The position numbers and the translations under genes were made by a program. A DNA stretch of 64,000 nucleotides from Promethearchaeota archaeon. GTDB lineage: Archaea; Asgardarchaeota; Lokiarchaeia; Sigyniarchaeales; SOKP01. Position 1 is the first letter of the stretch. Every line of letters starts with the position of its first letter. Below are positions 30,652 to 40,104 of this stretch, in pieces. Under the pieces are notes generated by a model that was not told the DNA's origin, did no database searches, and was given only the letters and a program-made list of their open reading frames with translations. Location: NCBI GenBank assembly GCA_048939995.1, contig JBHLOY010000010.1:1-64000 (forward strand), read 5' to 3'.

Positions 30652-32232
30652 TTATTTTAATTTCAAATCAATAATTTGAACATTATTTCTTATTGAATCC
30701 AACATTACTTCAAGCTGGTTATATATTTCTGAACGATAATCATCTCCAATCCTGAAAAATAGTATAGAACCCATTTTTGTCTGCAAATCCTCACTTATGT
30801 TAAATTGATGTATTAATTTAGACCAATCATAATTTTCAGTGACCAATAATCCAATTACCATAACTTTACCTTTCTCTAATAGTTCAGCTAATTTAATTAT
30901 GATATAGTTCCATTTTGGATCAATAGTATCCCTATTTCTTGCATCGAAAATTAAAAATACTCCATCTGAACCCTGAGCGTCTTTCAAAAAATAAAAACAG
31001 CTCTTTAAAATAAGGCCATTAGAATATTCAAAATACTTTTCATCCCCTTCATCAGAAAATTTTTCGAGTTCTTGATTTTTATTGATCTCCACTAGTAATT
31101 GTAAAGCAGGATTCCATATTGGATTATTTGTAATAAAAGTTAATATTAGTTTTCTATTTAAATTTAAAACAGAGTCAATAATGTTCAAGATTTTATTTCT
31201 TCGATTGATTTCTTCAATTTCTTTGCATTTTACAATATAATTGTATGATATTAAACGAAATGCATCTTCAATATGTTCACCAGTCAAAGCACTCGTCTCG
31301 ATATATGAAATATTGGACATATATACCTCAGATAATGATTTTGATAAACTTAAACCTTCTTGAGCGCTCACAACTCTTTCATTAGACAAATCACTTTTAT
31401 TCCCAAGAATAATAACTGGAAGATCTTTATTTTCAATGAATTCTGTCAGTTCATTAAACCAATTTCTCACATTTTCAAATGACTTATTGGAAGTTAAATC
31501 AAAAACTATAAAAGCTGCTTGAGCTCCGTTGTAATACGTCTTTCTATATCTTCTAAAATATTCTTGCGCACCTATATCCCAGAGAAAGGCACTTACTTCA
31601 TTACCAAAAGCTTGGAATTTGTGGGAAATAATATTTAAACCGATGGTTGTCCGATAATCTGCCAGAAATCTTCCTTCAACAAATCTTCTAACAATTGATG
31701 TTTTTCCAACTTCATGATTACCAATAATAATAAACTTAAATTTATAAATTCCGTCAGAATCAATTTGAAGGCGATATAATTGGTTTTTCATTCTCCTTGC
31801 TTGTTCAGCGTCGTACTCAAAATTTGGGATAGTCAATTGAAGAGTATCACCTTCAATGGCTGCAATAATTTGTGATATCTTTTCGGCCAGAAAATAACTA
31901 TAAGGGGATATTTTTTCAACTGATGCTGTGCTTTCTAAAACTAAGCTTATCATTATATTCTCATCAATTGAAATAAAGATTAAATGATGATTATCAGTTT
32001 CAAATGAACAAGATCCAAATCTCTTAAAGTCAAATTCGAAACGAATTCTGTCAAGGACTGGATTAACAATTGAAGTTAAAACTGATACTATTTCCATATC
32101 AATGTCCTTCCTTTTCTCCCCTGCTATAATCAGTCCATCTTGATCTGATACTATTACGGCTTCCACTTGTTCATTTCTTTCCAAAAAATTATTTAATAGT
32201 TCAGTAAAAAGTGTTTTTTTGTTTATGGACAA
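30652..32232 (-). CDS. Roadblock domain + Rab-like small GTPase + C-terminal degenerate GTPase-like domain
   Basis: AVIVSDQDGLII; GNHEVGKTS, TTIG, WDIGAQ, GNKSD, ETSAL. Confidence 0.9.
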   Translation of the reverse strand: MSINKKTLFTELLNNFLERNEQVEAVIVSDQDGLIIAGEKRKDIDMEIVSVLTSIVNPVLDRIRFEFDFKRFGSCSFETDNHHLIFISIDENIMISLVLESTASVEKISPYSYFLAEKISQIIAAIEGDTLQLTIPNFEYDAEQARRMKNQLYRLQIDSDGIYKFKFIIIGNHEVGKTSIVRRFVEGRFLADYRTTIGLNIISHKFQAFGNEVSAFLWDIGAQEYFRRYRKTYYNGAQAAFIVFDLTSNKSFENVRNWFNELTEFIENKDLPVIILGNKSDLSNERVVSAQEGLSLSKSLSEVYMSNISYIETSALTGEHIEDAFRLISYNYIVKCKEIEEINRRNKILNIIDSVLNLNRKLILTFITNNPIWNPALQLLVEINKNQELEKFSDEGDEKYFEYSNGLILKSCFYFLKDAQGSDGVFLIFDARNRDTIDPKWNYIIIKLAELLEKGKVMVIGLLVTENYDWSKLIHQFNISEDLQTKMGSILFFRIGDDYRSEIYNQLEVMLDSIRNNVQIIDLKLK

Positions 32233-32564
32233 TCAGTTCCCTCAATCCAATTTGATTTTTAATGACTATTAAAGACAATTAAAATTATTTGTTATTATAA
32301 TAAAATAACCTTTATATAAATGTAGTTAAATTATACGTTTAGGCTTTCGAGACCCATAATTTTAATGAGTTATTACTTTAAGTAAAATGCTTAAAAAACT
32401 CTGAATTAGCTATTAATTTTTTAAAGTATACCTTGTTATAGTAAAACTTGGTTAAATCCTCAAATATTTTTGACAAAATTGGAAATATTTAAATCTATTT
32501 TAAAACAATTATACAATACTACAAAAAAAATATATAACATAAGAAATAACAAGAGTGATAATTT

Positions 32565-32861
32565 ATGGGAAAATATTTACTTCTTTGGGAAATTGATGCA
32601 TCTCGACTACCTGTAAGCCGCAAAGAACGAGCTGCAGGGTGGAAAGCATTGTTAAATTTTGTTAAAGAAGATATGAAAGCTGGAAAAACATTAGAATGGG
32701 GCGCATATGTAGGTGAACTCAATGGTTTCAGTATTATTGATGCAGATGACGTCGAAATTAGTATCCTTCTTCAAAGGTATTCTCCTTTTGTACATTTCAA
32801 AGCACGAGCACTGCTTGGAGTAGAAGACGCAGAGAAACTTATTGAAGGAATGCAGGAATAA
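32565..32861 (+). CDS. DUF3303-like small protein
   Basis: KYLLLWE...EWGAYVGELNGFSI...PFVHF. Confidence 0.65.
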   Translation: MGKYLLLWEIDASRLPVSRKERAAGWKALLNFVKEDMKAGKTLEWGAYVGELNGFSIIDADDVEISILLQRYSPFVHFKARALLGVEDAEKLIEGMQE

Positions 32862-32867
32862 GCATTA

Positions 32868-32887
32868 TACCCAAACTAGTTTGGGTA
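32868..32887. terminator. Perfect 20-bp palindrome after stop codon, followed by a T-tract
   Basis: TACCCAAACTAGTTTGGGTA. Confidence 0.55.
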
Positions 32888-32996
32888 CTTTAAAACACTT
32901 TTTTTTTCTTTATAACCTCAAAATGTTTAATAAGAAAACAATCTAAATAGTTGACTATAATTATTTAAAACGAATTGAATTTTATTTTACTCTATA

Positions 32997-33380
32997 GTGA
33001 TTCCACCTTGTAATCACCCTATTAAAATCCAAATCCAAATTGAACAAGCATTTGGAGATCTATTTCCTCATCGAGATATTTTAAAACAAATTGGTTGCGT
33101 GTGAAATTCACAAGAAAAAAGGTGGGAGAAATGTGAACCTTTTACTGAACATCAAATCAAATCATTAACTAATTTAGGATTAATTATCTTCCACATTAAA
33201 CAAATAAAGTCAGTTTCATTAGATATCTCCCCGATTAATTTAATTATTGAGAACGCAAAAGATTCACATGTGGTTTCATACGTAGGTTATGTAAAAGAAT
33301 GTGAAACTTTGCGATCATTTACCAGAGAAGATGGAACAATAATTAATTAGTGTAAAATTGCATCTTTAATCTATTTGCTT
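32997..33380 (+). pseudogene. Interrupted DUF5710-like + RPA-type OB-fold gene
   Basis: FGDLFPHRDILKQIGCV*NSQEKRW and VGYVKECETLRSFTREDGTIIN*CKIASLI; stops at 33102 and 33348. Confidence 0.55.
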
Positions 33381-33548
33381 ACAACTTCTGAAACTTTTTT
33401 CAACTCACCCTTTTCATTCCACTTAGCTATAATTTCCTGGTTCTTGGAGTCAGTAATTTGTTTTCCTAAAAATCTCTCTATTTTTCTCAATTTTCGTTAA
33501 TATTCGCTTGTTTTTTTGCTGCTGCGAAAAATATAACAGTTTATAGAT

Positions 33549-35654
33549 TTAAGCTATTAGTTCTCCAAATTTCTTCGTAATCAAGTCTAGATGGGTAGAT
33601 ACATTGACATGAGTTATTGTAATATTTTCTATAAAGAGCGTATTCCTTACAAAATTATAATCCACATTTAGCTGGGGATTTTGTTCTTTAATTTTCAGTA
33701 ATGCCTCCTTGAGAAAAATATTTAGGTAATCATCAGAAGTTTCTTGGATTTTAAACCTAAGTGGATTTAAAATTTGTATATGAATTGTATCAGTTTTTTG
33801 TATCATGATTGCAAATAATTCATTATTATGAGTATAAAATCTCTTTTTGTAATTCGTATTATTTGAATGTGTTCTATAAGATCTTCTATTATTATGATTA
33901 GGTTGACTTAATATAGACTTTCTGTTAAGTGTAACAGGAAGATCTTTTATTTGTGTTTTACTACTTTTCCAAAATCTTTTTAATTTATTTAAAAGTGGAA
34001 ACGCAATATCATGCCGGAGAAGCCGATTATCAAAATCATGTTCTGCCCATAATTTCAGATTAGCACATAGTTGACGAAATCGCATTTGAGTAGGATACTC
34101 AAAGATTTGAGAATCTTCAAGCTTAATAGGATAGGTATTATTAATATAAATTTTAGGGAGAGAATGTTTTTGAGCAGGCTCAATATAATATTCTACCTCG
34201 CAGAATCCCGGAATAGAATCATTAGTGAAATTTTGGCGCTGATATACGCCATTCTCGCAGACATAGACTCGATCTTGGTGAACACAAATAATAGGTTCTT
34301 GATTAATTTTAATTGAGATAACATCATCATCTAAATTTGCAGATAAGTACTCAGATATTTTGAATTCAATTTGAAATTTCGAGAGTTTCTGTTGGCCAAT
34401 TTTCATAATAAGGTTATTTTCGAGATGGATTGCTTCAGTTGATGGTAAATCTCTACAATCAATTTCTAAAATCTTATTATAGGACAAATTTAATTCCTCT
34501 AAGGATTCTAAATGAGTTAATCCAAAAAGACTAGTAAGATTATTATGGGCTAAATTAAGTTTCTTTAACGATGGAAATCTGTCAAATCCCTTCAGAGTTT
34601 GAATATTCGTATATTGAAGGCTTAATTCTTCAATGTTATGCAATATCTCTAAACCGTTGATGCTAGTTAGAGAGTTATGGTCCAAAATGACTTTAGTGAT
34701 CGTCTTAAAATTCTCTAATCCTTCTAATTTTCTTAAATCTTTAACTTTTTTCCCTGTTAAATCAAGATATTCGTGGTCATTAATGAAAATGATCTCATCT
34801 TCATATCTTAACAAAGAATTTCTAAATATTTGATATTTAAATAAATTATTAAGTTGGCTTGGTTTCAAACATGAGACTATAAAATTTAAACCGAATATAT
34901 TCACAATATCTTCGATATCAATATAAAACTCACCATCATCAAGTTTATCGATTAAATAAGAGATAACTGTTTGTTGTTCTGCCTTTCTCAACCCCTTTAT
35001 TTGATTAAGCAATTGATTTGAGAGATAGTGATATTTTTTGTCTGAAAATGAATAGAGAAACAAGTTTGGCAATAAGTTAGGAGCTCCTTCTATGAAAAAC
35101 TGTAAGGGATATGATCTTTTTTTAAGGTTTGCAAAATTATTCAATAAAGCCGTTATAAATTGCGGATCTTCTGATATAGTTTGAAGCTCATCTTTGGTAA
35201 GATAATCAAAATATCCTTGTTGGAGTAGAAATTCTATAACGGATGGATGACCACTTACAATTCTAAGAGCAATTTGTTCTTTAAACACTTTTCTTGCTTG
35301 AGGATCACCGGCATCTACTAAGCTTTTCAAGAGAGGAAATGCTAAATTTCGATGTAATAAGCGAGTATCATACTCATTTTCTGCCCATGCTTGTAAATTA
35401 GAACAATGACCCCAAAATTCCGTTTCGGGAGTGATGTTTTGCGAATGATGTACATGATTCCCCTCTAAAGATCGATTCAACCGTTCTGCAGCTTCATCAA
35501 TGGATTCAATATCAGAATATTCATGAATTTGGGAAGTAGGAATATTCAATAATAGATACTTGCATTGATTAAACAATCTTCCTTTTACATAGATATTAGT
35601 CCGCGAATATTCTAATTTAAGTGTGATATAATCATTTATTTTGAAATAGAGCAT
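33549..35654 (-). CDS. Leucine-rich repeat protein with Lokiarchaeal N-terminal domain
   Basis: FKINDYITLKLE...EFWGHCSNLQAWAENEYDTRLLHRNLAFPLLK; LxxLxLxxN repeats. Confidence 0.85.
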   Translation of the reverse strand: MLYFKINDYITLKLEYSRTNIYVKGRLFNQCKYLLLNIPTSQIHEYSDIESIDEAAERLNRSLEGNHVHHSQNITPETEFWGHCSNLQAWAENEYDTRLLHRNLAFPLLKSLVDAGDPQARKVFKEQIALRIVSGHPSVIEFLLQQGYFDYLTKDELQTISEDPQFITALLNNFANLKKRSYPLQFFIEGAPNLLPNLFLYSFSDKKYHYLSNQLLNQIKGLRKAEQQTVISYLIDKLDDGEFYIDIEDIVNIFGLNFIVSCLKPSQLNNLFKYQIFRNSLLRYEDEIIFINDHEYLDLTGKKVKDLRKLEGLENFKTITKVILDHNSLTSINGLEILHNIEELSLQYTNIQTLKGFDRFPSLKKLNLAHNNLTSLFGLTHLESLEELNLSYNKILEIDCRDLPSTEAIHLENNLIMKIGQQKLSKFQIEFKISEYLSANLDDDVISIKINQEPIICVHQDRVYVCENGVYQRQNFTNDSIPGFCEVEYYIEPAQKHSLPKIYINNTYPIKLEDSQIFEYPTQMRFRQLCANLKLWAEHDFDNRLLRHDIAFPLLNKLKRFWKSSKTQIKDLPVTLNRKSILSQPNHNNRRSYRTHSNNTNYKKRFYTHNNELFAIMIQKTDTIHIQILNPLRFKIQETSDDYLNIFLKEALLKIKEQNPQLNVDYNFVRNTLFIENITITHVNVSTHLDLITKKFGELIA

Positions 35655-36315
35655 AAAAGGGAACCTTTTATGAGGCGCATTATTCCTAGATTTATGGTAA
35701 CAATAAATTATTAGAAGTGATATAAAAAATACTACACATTACCGATTTTTAATTACTACTGAAAGAATCATTAAAATCCTACTGTTTGGGAAAAAAAATA
35801 AAATGAAAGAAGAAACTGATTCTACCTTTTTGGTGCCTTTTTATTAGGTATTATGGAAGTTTAACTCCCACCACTAGAATAGCTTAATTTATGTTCATAC
35901 TTCTCCAAACTGCTTAGATCATCGGTTGGAAATGTGTATCTATAACAAGGTGCTGAATGATAAATGTAATCCCTTTCAGGATTTCTGCTACTCTCTTCAA
36001 ATAATCCTGTTCTGACCATATTTGCAATTTCTCGTGCAGTAGACTGATAAAAACGAAATAGCATGATTCCTTAAACAATGATTCGATAATTAATAACATA
36101 GATATCCCCGGATACTTGGATTGAATGTTGTTTTGAAACATTCTGTGTTACCATTCCCATAAATTCATGAATCACGTGTATTTGGATTGACCCAAGATGC
36201 TACATTGTTTAAGTTTTCTCTTATTTGTGATCCTTCAATCAATATAATCCTATTATTTCTAAGTTTATTTATAAAAATACGTAGTTAGAGTTTAAATACT
36301 TATCATATCGAATAT

Positions 36316-36864
36316 TCACTTATTTCTTAATAGAAATTCTTCTGAAATTTCTTGCCCTAATCCTGCTTCTTTGAATTTTTTACCATTTTCAGCATATAAC
36401 TTAGCTCCCCAATTAAGATCTTTTGGTTCAATATATTGCTTTTTTTTTTTTGCGGGGACTCCAGTATATAAACAGAGCTCTTTTGTGTCACCTCTTAATA
36501 CTGAACCTGCTCCAAGTACACAACCTCTCGCAAGTCTAGCATCTTGTAAAACTGTAGCATTTATTCCCACCAAACTAGAATCCTCAATAATACAAGGACC
36601 ATGGCACGTACATGAATGGCCTAACCTAACATTACTCCCAATTTGGCAAATTTCTCCAGGAGCAGAATGCACAACGACATTTTCTTGAATACTTGTATTT
36701 TCACCTATAATGATTTTCCCCCAATCTCCTCGAATTTTAGCACCAAACCAAATATTTGTATAGGCCCCAATTTTAACATCTCCAATTATTACAACATCTG
36801 GAGCGATAAACACAGTTGGATGAATTTTAGGGCTAGTTCCATTATAAGGGCTCTTGATTATCAC
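36316..36864 (-). CDS. Gamma carbonic anhydrase-family hexapeptide-repeat protein
   Basis: IIGDVKIG, RGD, SIQENVVVH, GH...HG. Confidence 0.9.
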   Translation of the reverse strand: MIIKSPYNGTSPKIHPTVFIAPDVVIIGDVKIGAYTNIWFGAKIRGDWGKIIIGENTSIQENVVVHSAPGEICQIGSNVRLGHSCTCHGPCIIEDSSLVGINATVLQDARLARGCVLGAGSVLRGDTKELCLYTGVPAKKKKQYIEPKDLNWGAKLYAENGKKFKEAGLGQEISEEFLLRNK

Positions 36865-36970
36865 TATCTTTCACTCTTCATCTCTTCTTTTTCAATTAAA
36901 CTTATCAAGCTAAGATATTATTAGATATGATATAATAATTACAATATCTGTTTAAATAAAAGTGATATTA

Positions 36971-37402
36971 ATGTCTGAAAAAGAGATTAAAAAAGAAATT
37001 GAAGAAATTGTGAATCGAGAGACTAAAGCATGGGATCAACAAGATGTTGACCTATTAATGACTATTTTCCATCCTGATATGGTTTGGCCCTGGCCGAGAA
37101 CACCGCAATCTCACGATCCAATGGACTGGGTTTTAGAATGGGGTCGATATAATTTCAATCGATGGAGAAATGGATGGTTAAAGTTATTCAATACTCATAA
37201 GCTTGAACATAATCATAGAGAAATTAAGAAAATTGAATTATCAAAGGAATTTGATGGTGCATTTGCGGTTGTTGATATTGATACTCTATGGATTAATAAA
37301 ATGGGTAATAAAAGCCACTGGAAGGGACGAGTTTGCAAAATATATTCCAAAGTAAATAATGCATGGAAAATGATAATGCAAACAGGAGTTCTAGAGTATT
37401 AA
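36971..37402 (+). CDS. SnoaL/DUF4440 NTF2-like protein
   Basis: KAWDQQDVDLLMTIFHPD, AFAVVDIDTLW, WKMIMQTG. Confidence 0.8.
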   Translation: MSEKEIKKEIEEIVNRETKAWDQQDVDLLMTIFHPDMVWPWPRTPQSHDPMDWVLEWGRYNFNRWRNGWLKLFNTHKLEHNHREIKKIELSKEFDGAFAVVDIDTLWINKMGNKSHWKGRVCKIYSKVNNAWKMIMQTGVLEY

Positions 37403-37406
37403 AAGA

Positions 37407-38252
37407 TTACTCCATATCTTCTAAAATAGGGGAATCTTCCATAAATTCACAGTTTAGGCCTAACTTCTCAAAATATCGGCATACTGCGATACATGCGAAC
37501 TTTTCGGTTGAATAATGTGTTCCACCTATTAGATTTATTCCATTCTCTTTCTCAAATTCATGAATTTTCGTACTATATTCATTAAGAATAGTAATACCAG
37601 TTATATAGGTATTGATTCCCAAATTGATAATCTCTTGAACAATATCTATTTCATTTCCTCCTCCCGCTATTAATGCAACTCTTTGATCTTTAATTTCATT
37701 TGAGCCATATTTCCATAATTTTGTCTTATGACCTATTTTAACACTTAGTCTCTTTGCTAATTCTTCTGGAGTTTTTGAGTCAATAGTTCCGTAGATTCCA
37801 ACTTTCACCCCAAAATATTCATAAAATTCTCCTTCCGGATTTACACCTATTGATTTCGCTAAATTTGATGTAGTAGAATATTCACCATTTTTATCTAGTG
37901 GAACATGGAGAGTGTATATTGAAATATTCTGCTCCTTTAAAATTGGGAGCAATTTTGGATTAATATCCTCAAAAACTCTTGGTTTTCTTATATCCCACAC
38001 CATTGGATGATGTGTAAATAAAAGGATATTTGGTTGCTCTAATTGAATTATTTGGTTTAAAACATTATCAGAAGGAAAAACTGCGGTATAAACCATATCA
38101 ATTTCATTTGAATTGTCCAATAAAATTCCCATATAACAGCTTTTAAAATTTGGGCTAATAAATTTATTGAAATCCATTCGAGACCAATCATCTCTGCAGA
38201 GTGAGAGTTCGAAATCTCTATCCAATTTTTTATATAATTTTTTAGCCTTCAT
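37407..38252 (-). CDS. Nif3-like dinuclear metal centre protein
   Basis: FTHHP, LHVPLD, VALIAGGG, YITG, GTHYSTE. Confidence 0.9.
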   Translation of the reverse strand: MKAKKLYKKLDRDFELSLCRDDWSRMDFNKFISPNFKSCYMGILLDNSNEIDMVYTAVFPSDNVLNQIIQLEQPNILLFTHHPMVWDIRKPRVFEDINPKLLPILKEQNISIYTLHVPLDKNGEYSTTSNLAKSIGVNPEGEFYEYFGVKVGIYGTIDSKTPEELAKRLSVKIGHKTKLWKYGSNEIKDQRVALIAGGGNEIDIVQEIINLGINTYITGITILNEYSTKIHEFEKENGINLIGGTHYSTEKFACIAVCRYFEKLGLNCEFMEDSPILEDME

Positions 38253-38421
38253 TTATTTATCTAATTAATAGCTCTAATTAATAATTATCCTCAAATTAGC
38301 CATATTAAGTTATTCTTAATCATTATTTTTAATAACTATATGTACTAATATTTTAAATTTTGAGAATCATTACATAATTATAAAAATTAATCCAATTTTA
38401 ATCCATATGAGCTGAAAATAA

Positions 38422-40104
38422 ATGGTCAGAAAAAGAACAATCTTCTCGATTATAATCATAGCCACATCTATTATCGTTCAGTTATTTGGAATCCCATATT
38501 TAGGAGTTAAATTCTCTTCACATGACATAGAATTTGATTACATTTATAATTGGGACCTTAAAGGGACGGGAGGATGGTATGAGGGATATTCAGAAACCTT
38601 TAGATCATCCGGAACCTATACAGTGGATTTTAGTGGAAATGTGGCAAGTGTATCTGGTAGAGTATCATGGAGTTGGTCAGATAATTATGGAGCTTCTGAT
38701 AGTGATAACGAATTGTATCTTTTCACTTATTCTTTAATTAATGGTTCATATTTAGTAGGATCAGATCAAGATTATAATACATCTGGTATGAATGTATGGT
38801 TTCATATTCCAGGTGGTTTTAGTTCTTCTCAATACTCTATTCTTGATACCAATTATTCTTTATGGGCAGACTCAACAGTTTGGGTAGGTCATTTAATGCC
38901 TTTTCTAGGGAAGAGGATACATTCACAAGGAACATATTATAGGAATTCTTCTACTGATGTATATGGGGATTTCACTGTTAATTATATAGTTGATGATTAC
39001 TTTACTTCCGAAGGTTATCTTATAGCTGAGATATATTATGAAGAGGATGAAGGTTATGATGGAGGCACTGGGTATTGGTCTGAATTTACACTAAATTCTA
39101 TTCTGTTTATTACATCCTCTAGCTATATTAGATTTTTCAACATCGGTATGTATCTTTTAGCTTATTGGTTCCCAATATTTTGTATAGTGATAATTTTTTT
39201 TGTTATTTATGAAAAGTTAAGATGGAAACCAGTTATCATACATAAGGAGCCAGAAGAGAGAGATGTTATTGTAGAACGGGGCATCCCTCCTAATGTTAAA
39301 TTTTCTATAGAATCTGCATATTCAGACATAATACCTTCTTATTTAGTTAGAGCAAGATCTCAAGGAAAGGGGATAATTAGTGCTCATAATGCTAGTGAAC
39401 TGTTAGGAATTGGTTTTATAGAGCCAAATGGGAAGATTGGTACTTTTTATGGAAACTATACCATTGAAATGATAAGATATACAAAGGTTAAATACGCATT
39501 TACTGAGAGTCCTAGAATCTTTAAATTCAAAGTAATTGAAATTTATGACATATTTCAGATTAATAACCTTCAAACTCGAGATTTCACATTTGACACTAAT
39601 TATATTAAGCCAACAACTCCACAACACATCCAAGGAATCATGAGAATGGTAGCAAATGAAGATACTGGACGAAAGAATCCAAGATATGCTAAATGGGTCG
39701 AAAATTCGTATGAAGATGATATAAGTGTAGTTGCTACTTCTTCAACTCAAGATACTTGGATAAAACATGTTTTATCTGAATTACGACGTCATAATTACCC
39801 GAAACCTGAATTGATTGTGAATGAAGTAATTATGGGTGTTGGATTTGCTACTCCTGGTCAAATTACTGGCTGGTTATATGGTCTTTATGTACACCCTGCG
39901 TTTAGAAATCGTGGTATCGGAAAAATGTTAGTGTTTTCACGTCTTTCAGCTCTTAAAGAAATGGGTTGTGGGTCAGCAATTACAGAAATAGCAGAATGGA
40001 ATAGTCCTGCTAAAAAAATATATGAGGATATAGATGCTATAAAAATAGGAAAGATTCATCTTTTAGGGAAGAAGATGCCAAAAGTGAAGGTGAGACGATA
40101 CTGA
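38422..40104 (+). CDS. Transmembrane protein with extracellular beta-rich domain and cytoplasmic GNAT acetyltransferase
   Basis: N-terminal TM/signal; second TM YLLAYWFPIFCIVIIFFVIY; GLYVHPAFRNRGIGKML and NSPAKKIYE. Confidence 0.85.
   Translation: MVRKRTIFSIIIIATSIIVQLFGIPYLGVKFSSHDIEFDYIYNWDLKGTGGWYEGYSETFRSSGTYTVDFSGNVASVSGRVSWSWSDNYGASDSDNELYLFTYSLINGSYLVGSDQDYNTSGMNVWFHIPGGFSSSQYSILDTNYSLWADSTVWVGHLMPFLGKRIHSQGTYYRNSSTDVYGDFTVNYIVDDYFTSEGYLIAEIYYEEDEGYDGGTGYWSEFTLNSILFITSSSYIRFFNIGMYLLAYWFPIFCIVIIFFVIYEKLRWKPVIIHKEPEERDVIVERGIPPNVKFSIESAYSDIIPSYLVRARSQGKGIISAHNASELLGIGFIEPNGKIGTFYGNYTIEMIRYTKVKYAFTESPRIFKFKVIEIYDIFQINNLQTRDFTFDTNYIKPTTPQHIQGIMRMVANEDTGRKNPRYAKWVENSYEDDISVVATSSTQDTWIKHVLSELRRHNYPKPELIVNEVIMGVGFATPGQITGWLYGLYVHPAFRNRGIGKMLVFSRLSALKEMGCGSAITEIAEWNSPAKKIYEDIDAIKIGKIHLLGKKMPKVKVRRY

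Noticed and set aside
33102-33104. TGA recoding (Sec or Trp)
   Set aside because: Position corresponds to Trp, a second stop follows, and TGA ends many normal genes in this window
35861-36245. Overlapping short minus-strand ORFs
   Set aside because: No recognisable motif; may be a decayed gene but cannot be supported
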